Position numbers and translations under genes: made by a program
NCBI GenBank assembly: GCA_040882115.1
Contig: JBBEBX010000008.1
Location: forward strand, 2,113 to 66,112
DNA: 64,000 nt
Direction of reading: 5' to 3'
Source of the DNA: Methylophaga sp.
Lineage (GTDB): Bacteria; Pseudomonadota; Gammaproteobacteria; Nitrosococcales; Methylophagaceae
Notes under the pieces: generated by a model
Databases searched by the model: none
Seen by the model: only the letters and a program-made list of their open reading frames with translations
Told to the model about the DNA's origin: nothing
Shown: positions 52,904-64,000 of the stretch, piece after piece
How the letters are laid out: each line of letters opens with the position of its first letter
How positions within the stretch are numbered: position 1 is the first letter of the stretch

Positions 52904-53278
52904 ATGGCAACAATAAACCAGTTGGTTCGCAAACCAAGATTAAAACAAAAGAAAAAGAATAACGTTCCAGCATTGCAGGCATGCCCGCAACGTCGTGGTG
53001 TATGTACACGTGTTTATACAACCACTCCTAAGAAGCCTAACTCGGCAATGCGTAAAGTTGCTCGTGTACGTTTAACTAACGGCTTTGAAGTTACTTCTTA
53101 TATCGGCGGCGAAGGCCATAACCTGCAAGAGCATAGTGTTGTGCTGATTCGCGGTGGTCGTGTTAAAGATTTACCGGGTGTTCGTTATCACACTGTTCGC
53201 GGCGCCTTGGATACCTCTGGTGTATCAGCGCGTCGTCAGGGTCGTTCAAAATATGGTGCTAAACGTCCTAAAGGCTAA
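52904..53278 (+). CDS. rpsL: 30S ribosomal protein S12
   Basis: [25 protein letters not shown]. Confidence 0.99.
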   Translation: MATINQLVRKPRLKQKKKNNVPALQACPQRRGVCTRVYTTTPKKPNSAMRKVARVRLTNGFEVTSYIGGEGHNLQEHSVVLIRGGRVKDLPGVRYHTVRGALDTSGVSARRQGRSKYGAKRPKG

Positions 53279-53311
53279 GCCCAGACGTTTATTCCAAAGC
53301 TAAAGAATTAG

Positions 53312-53791
<480 letters not shown>

Positions 53792-53865
53792 GTTTGGTCC
53801 CCTTGCCCGGCTGGTTCCGGGCAAGGTTTGTTCTTTAACATTGTTGATCGTAAAGAGTAGCTATC

Positions 53866-55965
53866 GTGCCACGTTCCACACCTATTAATCGATACCGTAA
53901 TATCGGCATCATGGCGCACATCGACGCGGGTAAAACCACGACGACTGAGCGCGTGCTGTTTTACACGGGTATATCGCATAAAATTGGTGAAGTTCATGAT
54001 GGTGCCGCCACCATGGATTGGATGGAGCAAGAGCAAGAGCGTGGTATTACCATTACTTCTGCTGCGACCACCTGCTTTTGGGCCGGTATGGATCAACAAT
54101 TTCCGCAACATCGAATCAATATCATCGACACCCCGGGCCACGTTGACTTCACTATCGAAGTCGAGCGGTCATTGCGTGTGTTAGATGGCGCAGTCGCAGT
54201 CTTTTGTGCGGTTGGTGGCGTTGAACCACAATCTGAAACCGTCTGGCGTCAAGCTAATAAATATCATGTTCCCCGCTTAGCATTCATTAACAAAATGGAT
54301 CGTCAGGGCGCTAACTTCCTACGTGTTGTCGAGCAAATCAAAAAACGATTGGGTGCCCGTCCGGTTGTTTTACAGTTACCAATTGGTGCTGAAGAAACAT
54401 TTGAAGGTGTTGTGGATCTGGTTCGCATGAAAGCGATTTACTGGAACCCGGATGACATGGGCGTGACTTATGATGCCCGTGAAATTCCTGCTGAAATGCA
54501 ACAGCAGTGTCAGCAGTATCGTGACGACCTGGTTGAGGCGGCAGCGGAAGCCAATGAAGAATTAATGAACAAATATCTTGAGTCAGGCGAGTTGACTCAG
54601 GAAGAAATCAAGCAGGGCATTCGTCTGCAAACATTGGCCAATGAAATTGTGCCGGCATTTTGTGGCAGTGCTTTCAAGAATAAAGGTGTTCAGGCCGTTC
54701 TCGATGCGGTGATTGAATATATGCCATCACCGACTGAAGTGCCAGCAATCAAAGGGCTGCTTGACGTTGAAGCGGGTACCACCGATACGCGTCATGCTGA
54801 TGACAAAGAGCCGTTTGCCGCTTTAGCATTCAAGATTGCAACCGATCCATTTGTCGGAACATTGACTTTTTTCCGTGTCTATTCCGGTGTCATGAAGTCA
54901 GGCGATGCATTATTTAATCCGGTTAAAGGCAAAAAAGAGCGTATCGGCCGTTTGGTGCAAATGCATGCCAATAGTCGTGAAGAGCTAACCGAAGTATTTG
55001 CCGGCGATATTGCTGCGGCGATTGGTCTTAAAGATACCACTACCGGTGATACGCTTTGTGATCCTAATCATGTGATAACCCTGGAGCGAATGGAATTTCC
55101 GGAGCCGGTTATTTCAGTAGCTATTGAGCCAAAAACCAAAGCTGATCAGGAAAAAATGAGCATTGCTTTGGGCAAGCTGGCCAAGGAGGATCCTTCCTTC
55201 CGTGTTAGCACCGATGAAGAGTCTGCACAAACCATTATCGCCGGCATGGGTGAATTGCATCTTGATATTATTATCGACCGCATGAAGCGTGAGTTTGGTG
55301 TGAGTGCAAACGTTGGTGCACCTCAAGTTGCCTATCGTGAGACGATTCGCAAAACGGTTGAGTCTGAAGGCAAGTTTGTCCGCCAAAGTGGCGGTCGTGG
55401 CCAGTATGGTCATGTATGGTTGCGTTTGGAGCCAATGCCTGCAGGTAGTGGCTATGCCTTTGAAAACGCCACGATCGGCGGATCGGTACCAAAAGAATAC
55501 ATTTCATCTGTAGATAAGGGTATACAAGAGCAGATGAAAAATGGTGTAATAGCCGGCTATCCTGTCGAGGATGTCAAGGTTACATTGTTTGACGGTTCTT
55601 ACCACGATGTCGACTCAAATGAGATGGCATTTAAAGTGGCAGGCTCAATGGCTTTCAGGAATGGCGCGTTCGATGCGAGCCCGGCGCTGCTGGAGCCAGT
55701 TATGAATATTGAAGTGGTCACTCCGGAAGATTATATGGGTGACGTCATGGGTGATTTGAATCGCCGCCGTGGTGTTGTTAACGGTATGGATGATGTCATC
55801 AGTGGCAAAGTTATTAAGGCCGAAGTGCCGTTGGCAGAAATGTTTGGTTACGCAACTGATTTGCGTTCTGCAACACAAGGACGGGCGACTTACTCAATGG
55901 AGTTCGCCAAGTACAGTGAGATTCCAAGCAATGTTGCAGATGCGATCATTAACAAATCGAAGTAA
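53866..55965 (+). CDS. fusA: Elongation factor G
   Basis: [28 protein letters not shown]. Confidence 0.99.
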   Translation: MPRSTPINRYRNIGIMAHIDAGKTTTTERVLFYTGISHKIGEVHDGAATMDWMEQEQERGITITSAATTCFWAGMDQQFPQHRINIIDTPGHVDFTIEVERSLRVLDGAVAVFCAVGGVEPQSETVWRQANKYHVPRLAFINKMDRQGANFLRVVEQIKKRLGARPVVLQLPIGAEETFEGVVDLVRMKAIYWNPDDMGVTYDAREIPAEMQQQCQQYRDDLVEAAAEANEELMNKYLESGELTQEEIKQGIRLQTLANEIVPAFCGSAFKNKGVQAVLDAVIEYMPSPTEVPAIKGLLDVEAGTTDTRHADDKEPFAALAFKIATDPFVGTLTFFRVYSGVMKSGDALFNPVKGKKERIGRLVQMHANSREELTEVFAGDIAAAIGLKDTTTGDTLCDPNHVITLERMEFPEPVISVAIEPKTKADQEKMSIALGKLAKEDPSFRVSTDEESAQTIIAGMGELHLDIIIDRMKREFGVSANVGAPQVAYRETIRKTVESEGKFVRQSGGRGQYGHVWLRLEPMPAGSGYAFENATIGGSVPKEYISSVDKGIQEQMKNGVIAGYPVEDVKVTLFDGSYHDVDSNEMAFKVAGSMAFRNGAFDASPALLEPVMNIEVVTPEDYMGDVMGDLNRRRGVVNGMDDVISGKVIKAEVPLAEMFGYATDLRSATQGRATYSMEFAKYSEIPSNVADAIINKSK

Positions 55966-55992
55966 ATATAAAGTTCTAACGAGGTAGACGAG

Positions 55993-57183
55993 ATGTCCAA
56001 GGCAAAATTTGAACGGAACAAGCCCCACGTCAACGTGGGCACCATTGGTCACGTTGATCATGGTAAAACAACCCTGACAGCGGCAATCACCAAAGTCATG
56101 GCTGAGACATCAGGTGGCGAATTCAAAAACTATGCGGATATTGATAACGCGCCAGAAGAAAGAGAGCGCGGCATCACCATCTCAACTGCCCACGTTGAGT
56201 ACGAATCTGCTAACCGTCACTACGCTCACGTAGATTGCCCGGGCCATGCTGACTACGTCAAAAACATGATCACTGGTGCAGCGCAAATGGACGGCGCGAT
56301 CTTGGTTGTTAACGCAGCTGACGGTCCAATGCCACAAACCCGTGAACACATTCTGCTGTCACGTCAGGTTGGTGTGCCATACATCATTGTTTACCTGAAT
56401 AAGGCTGACATGGTTGATGATGCTGAGCTGGTTGAGCTGGTTGAAATGGAAGTTCGTGAGTTGTTGGACAAATATGACTTCCCGGGAGATGACACACCAA
56501 TCGTGGTTGGCTCTGCACTGAAAGCCCTGGAAGGCGATACCTCAGAAATTGGTGTTCCATCAATCGTTAGACTGGTTGAAGCGATGGATGAATACTTCCC
56601 AGAGCCAAAACGTGCTATTGACGGTGCCTTTTTGATGCCGATTGAAGACGTATTCTCAATCTCAGGTCGCGGTACTGTAGTGACGGGTCGTGTTGAGCGC
56701 GGTATTGTTAAAGTCGGTGACGAATTAGAAATCGTCGGCATTAAAGACACCCAAAAAACCACCTGTACTGGTGTGGAAATGTTCCGCAAACTGCTGGACC
56801 AAGGTCAGGCAGGCGATAACGTTGGTGTATTGCTACGTGGTACCAAGCGTGAAGATGTTGACCGCGGTCAGGTACTGGCACATCCGGGCACTATCAAGCC
56901 ACATACAAAATTTGAAGCAGAAGTTTATATTCTGTCGAAAGATGAAGGTGGTCGTCACACACCATTCTTCAACGGCTACCGTCCACAGTTTTACTTCCGT
57001 ACAACTGACGTGACTGGTGCCTGTGAACTGCCATCTGGTGTTGAAATGGTCATGCCGGGTGACAACGTAAAAATGGACGTAACCCTGATTGCACCGATTG
57101 CGATGGAAGAAGGTTTGCGTTTTGCTATTCGTGAAGGCGGCCGCACCGTTGGTGCTGGTGTCGTTAGTAAAATTACGGCGTAA
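55993..57183 (+). CDS. tuf: Elongation factor Tu (tufA locus)
   Basis: Protein identical to the copy at 39652; last gene of the str operon. Confidence 0.99.
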   Translation: MSKAKFERNKPHVNVGTIGHVDHGKTTLTAAITKVMAETSGGEFKNYADIDNAPEERERGITISTAHVEYESANRHYAHVDCPGHADYVKNMITGAAQMDGAILVVNAADGPMPQTREHILLSRQVGVPYIIVYLNKADMVDDAELVELVEMEVRELLDKYDFPGDDTPIVVGSALKALEGDTSEIGVPSIVRLVEAMDEYFPEPKRAIDGAFLMPIEDVFSISGRGTVVTGRVERGIVKVGDELEIVGIKDTQKTTCTGVEMFRKLLDQGQAGDNVGVLLRGTKREDVDRGQVLAHPGTIKPHTKFEAEVYILSKDEGGRHTPFFNGYRPQFYFRTTDVTGACELPSGVEMVMPGDNVKMDVTLIAPIAMEEGLRFAIREGGRTVGAGVVSKITA

Positions 57184-57188
57184 TAAAA

Positions 57189-57503
57189 ATGGCAGCTACT
57201 CAAACAATCAGAATCCGGCTGAAATCTTTCGATCATCGTTTGATCGATCAATCAGCTAAAGAAATCGTTGAAACTGCGAAACGTACTGGTGCGCGTATTA
57301 ATGGTCCAATTCCATTGCCCACCAAGAAAGAACGTTTCACTATTTTGGTTTCACCACACGTCAATAAAGATGCCCGTGACCAGTACGAAATCCGTACCCA
57401 CAAGCGTCTGATGGACATTGTTGAGCCAACTGATAAAACAGTTGATGCTCTGATGAAGCTGGATCTCGCCGCTGGCGTTGATGTCCAGATCAAGTTGAAT
57501 TAA
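57189..57503 (+). CDS. rpsJ: 30S ribosomal protein S10
   Basis: [30 protein letters not shown]. Confidence 0.99.
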   Translation: MAATQTIRIRLKSFDHRLIDQSAKEIVETAKRTGARINGPIPLPTKKERFTILVSPHVNKDARDQYEIRTHKRLMDIVEPTDKTVDALMKLDLAAGVDVQIKLN

Positions 57504-57516
57504 GAGGGGTTGGGTC

Positions 57517-58149
57517 ATGACAATCGGACTCATCGGTCGTAAACGCGGTATGACACGTATCTTCTCAGAAGATGGTGTTTCAACGCCGGTTACGGTAATT
57601 GAAGTAGAGCCTAATCGTATTAGTCAGTTGAAAACAGCTGATGCTGATGGTTACAACGCGATTCAGGTAACTGTTGGTGCTCGTAAAGCATCACGTGTCA
57701 GCAAGCCAGAAGCAGGTCATTTTGCTAAAGCAGAAGCCGCTGCCGGTCGTAAGGTTTGTGAGTTTCGCGTTGAAGCTTTAGAAAGCTACGAAGTTGGTTC
57801 TGAAATTAAAGTTGATTTGTTTGAAGCAGGTCAAAAAATTGATGTTTCAGGCCTGACAAAAGGTAAAGGCTTTGCCGGCGTTGTAAAACGTTATGGTTTT
57901 CGCGGTGGTGATGCGACTCATGGTAACTCGCTGTCACATCGTGCGCCGGGTTCTATTGGTCAATGTCAAACACCTGGCCGGGTATTTAAAGGCAAGAAGA
58001 TGGCAGGCCATATGGGTGATAAACAACGCACCTTGCAAAACCTGTCTGTCGTCAGAGTCGATGCTGAACGTAACTTGTTATTAGTCAAAGGCTCGGTGCC
58101 TGGTGCGACTGGTAGCAATGTTGTGGTTCGTCCGGCTGTGAAAGCCTAA
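57517..58149 (+). CDS. rplC: 50S ribosomal protein L3
   Basis: [24 protein letters not shown]. Confidence 0.99.
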   Translation: MTIGLIGRKRGMTRIFSEDGVSTPVTVIEVEPNRISQLKTADADGYNAIQVTVGARKASRVSKPEAGHFAKAEAAAGRKVCEFRVEALESYEVGSEIKVDLFEAGQKIDVSGLTKGKGFAGVVKRYGFRGGDATHGNSLSHRAPGSIGQCQTPGRVFKGKKMAGHMGDKQRTLQNLSVVRVDAERNLLLVKGSVPGATGSNVVVRPAVKA

Positions 58150-58170
58150 AGATTCTGAGGGGAATATAAA

Positions 58171-58791
58171 GTGGATCTTCAGTTACATTCATTTGACGGC
58201 AAGAAAAAAGCAGGAAACATTACTGTTTCTGATGCTTTGCTTGACCGCGAATACAACGAATCTCTGGTGCATCAAGTGGTAACCGCATATATGGCTGGTA
58301 GTCGTGCTGGTACTCATGCCCAGAAAACACGTTCAGAAGTTAGTGGTGGTGGTAGAAAACCATTTGCTCAAAAAGGTAGTGGTCGTGCACGTGCCGGTAC
58401 TATTCGTAGCCCATTGTGGCGCAGTGGTGGTGTGACCTTCGCAGCAAAAAACCGTGACTATAGTCAGAAAGTTAACCGTAAGATGTATCGCAATGCGATT
58501 TCATCAATTTTGTCTGAGCTGCGTCGTAACGATGCTCTGATCGTGGTTGATAAGTTTGAGTTAGATACCCCAAAAACAAAAGATCTGTTGGTTAAAACGC
58601 AGTCTTTGGGTCTGACCAATGCACTAATTGTCACTGAAAATGCAGCCGGTAATTTGGCTTTGGCCTCACGTAATCTGTATGACATTGCTGCAACTGATGC
58701 AGCGCATGTCAATCCGGTTGCCTTGCTGCGTTTTGAAAAAGTTGTGATGAGTGAAGACTCAGTTCGCAAGCTTGAGGAGTCATTCGCATGA
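58171..58791 (+). CDS. rplD: 50S ribosomal protein L4
   Basis: [18 protein letters not shown]. Confidence 0.99.
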   Translation: MDLQLHSFDGKKKAGNITVSDALLDREYNESLVHQVVTAYMAGSRAGTHAQKTRSEVSGGGRKPFAQKGSGRARAGTIRSPLWRSGGVTFAAKNRDYSQKVNRKMYRNAISSILSELRRNDALIVVDKFELDTPKTKDLLVKTQSLGLTNALIVTENAAGNLALASRNLYDIAATDAAHVNPVALLRFEKVVMSEDSVRKLEESFA

Positions 58792-59081
58792 ATGCTGAAC
58801 GTTTAAGCAAAATCATTATGGGTCCAGTTGTTGCTGAGAAAGCAACACGCGTGGCTGAAAATAATAATCAGGTAGTACTGAAAGTGCTGCCAAATGCCAA
58901 TAAGACAGAGATTAAATTTGCAGTTGAAAGACTGTTCGATGTCAAAGTTGCAGCTGTCAACACCAGCAGTGTCAAAGGTAAAACCAAGCGCACCGGCCGT
59001 ACATTCGGCAAACGTAGTGATTGGAAAAAAGCCTATGTGACATTGGCCGAAGGTGCTGATCTCAACTTCCTTGGCGAATAA
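58788..59081 (+). CDS. rplW: 50S ribosomal protein L23
   Basis: [15 protein letters not shown]. Confidence 0.98.
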   Translation: MNAERLSKIIMGPVVAEKATRVAENNNQVVLKVLPNANKTEIKFAVERLFDVKVAAVNTSSVKGKTKRTGRTFGKRSDWKKAYVTLAEGADLNFLGE

Positions 59082-59106
59082 ATAGAATACGGGTGAGGAA
59101 CCAGGA

Positions 59107-59934
59107 ATGGCATTAAGAAAAGCTAAACCTACATCAGCTGGTCGCCGATTTGTAGTAGAAATCAGTACCCCTGATCTGTACACCGGTGCACCACACGCGC
59201 CGCTGGTAGAGAAGAAGTCTAAAAACGGTGGCCGTAATAATGCGGGTCGTATCACTGTGCGTCATAAAGGCGGTGGTCACAAGCAGCGTTACCGTTTGGT
59301 TGATTTCAAACGTAATAAAGACGGTATTCCAGCAACGGTTGAGCGTATTGAATACGATCCAAACCGTACTGCGCACATTGCATTACTGAATTACGCCGAC
59401 GGTGAAAAGCGTTACATCATTGCCCCTAAAGGCGTGACTGCTGGTGATCGACTGGATTCTGGTGAAGAAGCATCGATTCGTGCAGGTAATTGCCTGAAGT
59501 TGTCTGCTATTCCATTGGGTAGCACAGTGCACTGTATCGAACTGAAACCCGGTAAAGGTGCGCAAGTTGCACGTAGCGCCGGTAGCAGTGCTCAATATGT
59601 TGCCCGTGAAAACGGTTATGCAACGATTCGTCTGCGTAGTGGCGAAACCCGTAAAGTATCTTTGGAATGCAAAGCGACTTTGGGTGAGGTTGGTAATGGT
59701 GAACATTCATTACGCTCATTGGGTAAAGCAGGTGCCAAACGCTGGCGCGGTGTTCGTCCGACCGTTCGTGGTGTGGTTATGAACCCGGTAGACCATCCAC
59801 ATGGTGGTGGTGAAGGTCGTACCTCTGGTGGTCGTCATCCTGTTACACCATGGGGTGTGCCAACTAAGGGCTACAAAACTCGTAAGAATAAACGTACAGA
59901 CAATATGATTGTACGTCGTCGTAACCGTAAATAA
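59107..59934 (+). CDS. rplB: 50S ribosomal protein L2
   Basis: [14 protein letters not shown]. Confidence 0.99.
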   Translation: MALRKAKPTSAGRRFVVEISTPDLYTGAPHAPLVEKKSKNGGRNNAGRITVRHKGGGHKQRYRLVDFKRNKDGIPATVERIEYDPNRTAHIALLNYADGEKRYIIAPKGVTAGDRLDSGEEASIRAGNCLKLSAIPLGSTVHCIELKPGKGAQVARSAGSSAQYVARENGYATIRLRSGETRKVSLECKATLGEVGNGEHSLRSLGKAGAKRWRGVRPTVRGVVMNPVDHPHGGGEGRTSGGRHPVTPWGVPTKGYKTRKNKRTDNMIVRRRNRK

Positions 59935-59953
59935 AGAAGGCTAGGAATTTCAC

Positions 59954-60229
59954 ATGCCGCGTTCAATTAAAAAAGGTCCGTTTATAGACCAGCACCTTGA
60001 AAAGAAGGTCTTGGAAGCGATCGAAGCCAACAACAAACGTCCGATCAAAACATGGTCGCGTCGTTCAATGATTTCACCTGAAATGATTGGCCTGACTTTG
60101 GCTGTTCACAATGGTAAACAACACGTACCTGTGTTTGTTACGGAAGATATGGTAGGGCATAAGTTAGGTGAGTTTTCACCAACACGGACCTTTAAAGGTC
60201 ATGCCGCTGATAAGAAAGCGAAGCGATAA
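59954..60229 (+). CDS. rpsS: 30S ribosomal protein S19
   Basis: [17 protein letters not shown]. Confidence 0.99.
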   Translation: MPRSIKKGPFIDQHLEKKVLEAIEANNKRPIKTWSRRSMISPEMIGLTLAVHNGKQHVPVFVTEDMVGHKLGEFSPTRTFKGHAADKKAKR

Positions 60230-60238
60230 GGTTTAGAT

Positions 60239-60571
60239 ATGGCGACGAAAGCAAAACTCACTTATGCACGCATTTCTGCACAGAAAGTGCGATTAGTGGC
60301 AGATCAGATCCGTGGTTTGCCGGTAGAGCGGGCAATTAATTTACTGGCATTCAGCCCGAAAAAAGCAGCCGGGTTGGTTAAAGGTGTGCTGGACTCTGCA
60401 ATTGCCAATGCGGAACACAACGATGGGGCAGACATTGATGAGTTGTATGTCTCAGCCATCATGGTTGATGACGGTCCGACTATGAAACGTATGTCACCAC
60501 GTGCCAAAGGCCGTGGTAACCGTATCCTTAAACGTACAAGCCACATCACTGTGGTTGTAGACGAAAAGTAA
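60239..60571 (+). CDS. rplV: 50S ribosomal protein L22
   Basis: PRAKGRG...KRTSHIT. Confidence 0.99.
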   Translation: MATKAKLTYARISAQKVRLVADQIRGLPVERAINLLAFSPKKAAGLVKGVLDSAIANAEHNDGADIDELYVSAIMVDDGPTMKRMSPRAKGRGNRILKRTSHITVVVDEK

Positions 60572-60583
60572 GAGAGAATACTT

Positions 60584-61246
60584 ATGGGACAAAAGGTTCA
60601 CCCAACAGGTTTCAGACTTGGTATAATTAAAGATTGGAATTCGATCTGGTATGCAGATTCAGCCAATTTTTCAGAAATGCTAAATACCGATCTTAAGGTT
60701 CGTAAATTTCTGAAACAAAAGCTAGCGCATGCCTCTGTCAGTAAAATTCAAATCGACAGACCAGCGAAGAATGCCAAAATTACCATTCACACTGCCCGTC
60801 CAGGTATCGTGATCGGTAAAAAAGGCGAAGATATTGATAAGCTGCGCCGCGAAGCGTCAGAAATCATGGGTATTCCTGTTAATGTTGGTGTCGAAGAAAT
60901 TCGTAAGCCTGAGCTGGATGCAACCCTGGTTGCAGAAAGTGTCGCTCAGCAGCTTGAACGCCGCATTATGTTCCGCCGCGCCATGAAGCGTGCCGTCACC
61001 AATACCATGCGTCTTGGTGCTGAAGGTATTCGTATTAATGTTGCCGGTCGTCTGAATGGTGCTGAAATCGCACGTACCGAATGGTACCGCGAAGGCCGTG
61101 TTCCGTTGCATACCCTGCGTGCGGACATCGATTATGGTACGGCAGAAGCCAAAACCACATACGGCATCATTGGCGTTAAGGTCTGGATTTTTAAAGGTGA
61201 AGTTTTTGACGCCACTGCGCCAAACTCACCTGTAACAGAGAAATAA
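60584..61246 (+). CDS. rpsC: 30S ribosomal protein S3
   Basis: [20 protein letters not shown]. Confidence 0.99.
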   Translation: MGQKVHPTGFRLGIIKDWNSIWYADSANFSEMLNTDLKVRKFLKQKLAHASVSKIQIDRPAKNAKITIHTARPGIVIGKKGEDIDKLRREASEIMGIPVNVGVEEIRKPELDATLVAESVAQQLERRIMFRRAMKRAVTNTMRLGAEGIRINVAGRLNGAEIARTEWYREGRVPLHTLRADIDYGTAEAKTTYGIIGVKVWIFKGEVFDATAPNSPVTEK

Positions 61247-61257
61247 GGTTATAACCG

Positions 61258-61671
61258 ATGTTACAGCCAAAAAGAACTAAATTTAGAAAGCAGCAGAAGC
61301 TGCGTAACCGGGGTTTGGCCCACCGTGGCGCCAAAGTTAGCTTTGGTGAGTTCGGTCTTAAGTCATTGGATCGTGGTCGCATTACTGCCCGTCAAATCGA
61401 GGCCGCACGTCGTGCGATGACTCGTTATATTAAGCGTGGCGGTAAGATCTGGATCCGTGTTTTCCCGGACAAGCCAATTTCCAGCAAACCACTGGAAGTT
61501 CGTCAGGGTAAAGGTAAGGGTAATGTGGAGTATTGGGTTGCCAATGTGCAGCCAGGCCGCATGCTTTATGAAATGGAAGGTGTTTCTGAAGAGATTGCAC
61601 GTGAAGCATTCCGTCTTGCAGCAGCAAAGCTTCCTGTTAAAACGACATTTGTAACGCGGGCGATACTGTAA
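61258..61671 (+). CDS. rplP: 50S ribosomal protein L16
   Basis: [18 protein letters not shown]. Confidence 0.99.
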   Translation: MLQPKRTKFRKQQKLRNRGLAHRGAKVSFGEFGLKSLDRGRITARQIEAARRAMTRYIKRGGKIWIRVFPDKPISSKPLEVRQGKGKGNVEYWVANVQPGRMLYEMEGVSEEIAREAFRLAAAKLPVKTTFVTRAIL

Positions 61672-61853
61672 TGAAAGCGAGCGAAATCAGACAGAAATCT
61701 GCAGAAGATGTAGCCAAAGAATTGGCTGAGCTTCATAAAGAGCAGTTTAATTTGCGGATGCAGCACGCCACTGGTCAGCTGCAACGCAGTAGTGAGTTGA
61801 AGCGTGTGCGCCGTGACATTGCGCGTATCAAGACTGTACAGACCGAGAAATAA
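61671..61853 (+). CDS. rpmC: 50S ribosomal protein L29
   Basis: [23 protein letters not shown]. Confidence 0.98.
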   Translation: MKASEIRQKSAEDVAKELAELHKEQFNLRMQHATGQLQRSSELKRVRRDIARIKTVQTEK

Positions 61854-61865
61854 TAGGGCACTGAA

Positions 61866-62126
61866 ATGAGTGAACAAGAAAACATAGCACGTTCTTTAGT
61901 GGGTCGTGTCGTCAGTGACAAGATGGATAAAACCATCACGGTTCTGGTTGAACGCAGTGTTGCGCATCCGATCTACAAAAAATATGTAAAGCGTTCTACC
62001 AAGCTGCATGTGCATGATGAAAACAATGATTGCAACATTGGCGACGTAGTAAGTGTTACCTCGTCGCGTCCATTGTCTAAGACAAAGTGCTGGAAGCTGG
62101 TCGATATTATCGAACGTGCGAAATAA
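61866..62126 (+). CDS. rpsQ: 30S ribosomal protein S17
   Basis: [16 protein letters not shown]. Confidence 0.99.
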   Translation: MSEQENIARSLVGRVVSDKMDKTITVLVERSVAHPIYKKYVKRSTKLHVHDENNDCNIGDVVSVTSSRPLSKTKCWKLVDIIERAK

Positions 62127-62152
62127 GCAAAATTCAGTTTGGAGTTTAGACC

Positions 62153-62521
62153 ATGATTCAAATGCAAAGCAGTCTCGATGTGGCCGACAATAGCGGTGCT
62201 AAACGAGTAGAATGCATCAAAGTTTTAGGCGGTTCACACCGTCGTTATGCGGGCATCGGTGACGTTATTAAAGTCACTATTAAAGAAGCTGCACCGCGTG
62301 GCAAAGTGAAAAAAGGTGACGTGCATAATGCCGTTATCGTTAGAACCCGTAAGGGCGTGCGTCGTCCAGATGGTTCTGTCGTGCGTTTCGACAGCAATGC
62401 TGCGGTATTGTTGAACGCTGCGCATCAACCAATTGGTACGCGTATTTTCGGCCCGGTCACACGTGAGCTTCGTGGTGAAAAATTCATGAAGATTATTTCG
62501 TTGGCACCGGAAGTACTTTAA
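62153..62521 (+). CDS. rplN: 50S ribosomal protein L14
   Basis: [16 protein letters not shown]. Confidence 0.99.
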   Translation: MIQMQSSLDVADNSGAKRVECIKVLGGSHRRYAGIGDVIKVTIKEAAPRGKVKKGDVHNAVIVRTRKGVRRPDGSVVRFDSNAAVLLNAAHQPIGTRIFGPVTRELRGEKFMKIISLAPEVL

Positions 62522-62536
62522 GTAGGAGCGCTGGAA

Positions 62537-62854
62537 ATGGAAAGATTAGTTAAAGGCGATCAAGTCGTCATCACGGCCGGTAAGGACCGTGGTAAACAAG
62601 GCGAAGTCCTGCGTCGGGTCGAAGGTGGCAAGTTTGTTGTGCAAGGTATTAACCTTGTCAAAAAGCATATGAAACCAAACCCGGCGATGGGTCGCACAGG
62701 TGGTATTGTTGAGAAAGAAATGCCAATTCATGGGTCGAACCTGGCGTTGTTAAACCCTGCCTCTGGCAAGGGAGACAAAGTCGGTTTCAAAATTCTCGAA
62801 GATGGTCGCAAAGTTCGCGTCTTCAAGTCGAACGGCGAAACCGTTGGCGCTTGA
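62537..62854 (+). CDS. rplX: 50S ribosomal protein L24
   Basis: [22 protein letters not shown]. Confidence 0.98.
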   Translation: MERLVKGDQVVITAGKDRGKQGEVLRRVEGGKFVVQGINLVKKHMKPNPAMGRTGGIVEKEMPIHGSNLALLNPASGKGDKVGFKILEDGRKVRVFKSNGETVGA

Positions 62855-62874
62855 GCTAGAGTTGGGATAATACA

Positions 62875-63414
62875 GTGAGCAGATTAAAAGATTATTATCG
62901 TGAGACAGTAGTTAAGCAGCTGCAAGAGCAGTTTGGCTACCAGTCTGTTATGGAAGTGCCTCGCATTACCAAAATCACCTTAAATATGGGTGTGGGCGAA
63001 GCGTTGACTGATAAGAAAGTGTTGGAAAATGCCGTTTCAGATATGGAACGCATTGCTGGTCAAAAGGCAGTTATTACCAAGGCTAAAAAATCAGTTGCCG
63101 GTTTCAAGGTGCGTGAAGGTTGGCCGATTGGTTGTAAAGTCACGTTACGTAGTGAGCGTATGTATGACTTTTTAGATCGGCTGATTAGTATTTCCATTCC
63201 TCGTATTCGTGATTTTCGGGGTTTGAACCCGAAATCGTTCGATGGTCAGGGAAACTACAGTATGGGAATTAAAGAACAAATTATTTTCCCAGAAATTGAG
63301 TTTGACAAGATCGACAAAACCCGCGGTATGGATATTACCATCACGACCACTGCAAAAAATGCAGAAGAGTCCCGCGCTTTGTTGGCTGCGTTCAAGTTTC
63401 CTTTTAGAAAATAA
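62875..63414 (+). CDS. rplE: 50S ribosomal protein L5
   Basis: [18 protein letters not shown]. Confidence 0.99.
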   Translation: MSRLKDYYRETVVKQLQEQFGYQSVMEVPRITKITLNMGVGEALTDKKVLENAVSDMERIAGQKAVITKAKKSVAGFKVREGWPIGCKVTLRSERMYDFLDRLISISIPRIRDFRGLNPKSFDGQGNYSMGIKEQIIFPEIEFDKIDKTRGMDITITTTAKNAEESRALLAAFKFPFRK

Positions 63415-63437
63415 ACCGAGTCTGGGTGGAATAAATT

Positions 63438-63743
63438 ATGGCTAAACGTTGCATGGTTAATCGCGAGATTAAGAGAGCAAAACTGGTAGAAAAGTACGCG
63501 GCAAAGCGCGCTGAGCTGAAAAAGCAAATGCTCGACATGTCATTGAACGTTGAGCAGCGCGAAGCAGCAGCAAAGAAATTTCATGCGCTGCCACGTAACT
63601 CAAGCCGGACGCGCTTGCGTAATCGCTGTGAAATTACCGGTCGACCACACGGTGTTTACCGTAAGTTTGGTCTGGCCCGTAATAAATTGCGTGAACATGC
63701 AATGAAAGGCGATATTCCTGGCCTGGTCATGGCCAGTTGGTAA
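63438..63743 (+). CDS. rpsN: 30S ribosomal protein S14 (long, Zn-independent form)
   Basis: [19 protein letters not shown]; 101 aa. Confidence 0.98.
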   Translation: MAKRCMVNREIKRAKLVEKYAAKRAELKKQMLDMSLNVEQREAAAKKFHALPRNSSRTRLRNRCEITGRPHGVYRKFGLARNKLREHAMKGDIPGLVMASW

Positions 63744-63772
63744 TTGCCAACCTGATTTGTGGAGCAAAATAA

Positions 63773-64000
63773 ATGAGTATGACAGATCCAATTGCCGACA
63801 TGCTGACCCGCATTCGCAATGCCCAACAGGCCAACAAAGTTGATGTTAAAATGCCATCTTCTAAAGTAAAAATCAGCATCGCTGAAGTACTTAAAGAAGA
63901 AGGTTACATCGCTGCTTACAATGTTAGTGAAGAAGCGGGTAAGGCGCAGCTTTCAGTAACATTGAAATACTTCGAAGGTAAGCCGGTTATCGAAACGATT
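63773..64000 (+). CDS. rpsH: 30S ribosomal protein S8, 5' part (runs off window)
   Basis: Translation [18 protein letters not shown]...LKEEGYI...[11 protein letters not shown]. Confidence 0.97.
   Translation, partial: MSMTDPIADMLTRIRNAQQANKVDVKMPSSKVKISIAEVLKEEGYIAAYNVSEEAGKAQLSVTLKYFEGKPVIETI

Overview
A gammaproteobacterial chromosomal window; fhs, a PQQ-catabolism-type beta-propeller and very acidic flagellins would fit a marine or haloalkaline methylotroph such as Methylophaga, but that is inference only. Positions 1-22.1 kb hold a polar-type flagellar cluster: fliC(partial)-fliC-flaG-fliD-fliS-fliT-fleQ-fleS-fleR-fliEFGHIJ, then fliK and an MCP. Readable sigma28 and sigma54 promoters and FleQ- and FleR-type boxes accompany it. 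Between fliJ and fliK sits an unusual, tightly coupled six-gene cassette: STAS protein, intact CheY, divergent CheA, degenerate CheW, ParA-like protein with a broken deviant Walker A, and a stand-alone heme globin. It has no CheR/CheB/CheD and no receptor of its own. The MCP after fliK has no sensor domain. This cassette is the best candidate for an undescribed system, possibly O2/NO-responsive signalling wired into flagellar assembly. Positions 22-39 kb are mostly housekeeping: pyrF, tgt-yajC-secDF, a small ORF, a beta-propeller, a membrane protein-mpl-ubiX, fhs, and hslVU-DUF971-ubiEJB-djlA. Positions 39-64 kb are the canonical tRNA-tuf-secE-nusG-rplKAJL-rpoBC-str-S10-spc supercluster, ending inside rpsH. 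I saw no CRISPR array, IS element, prophage or rRNA.
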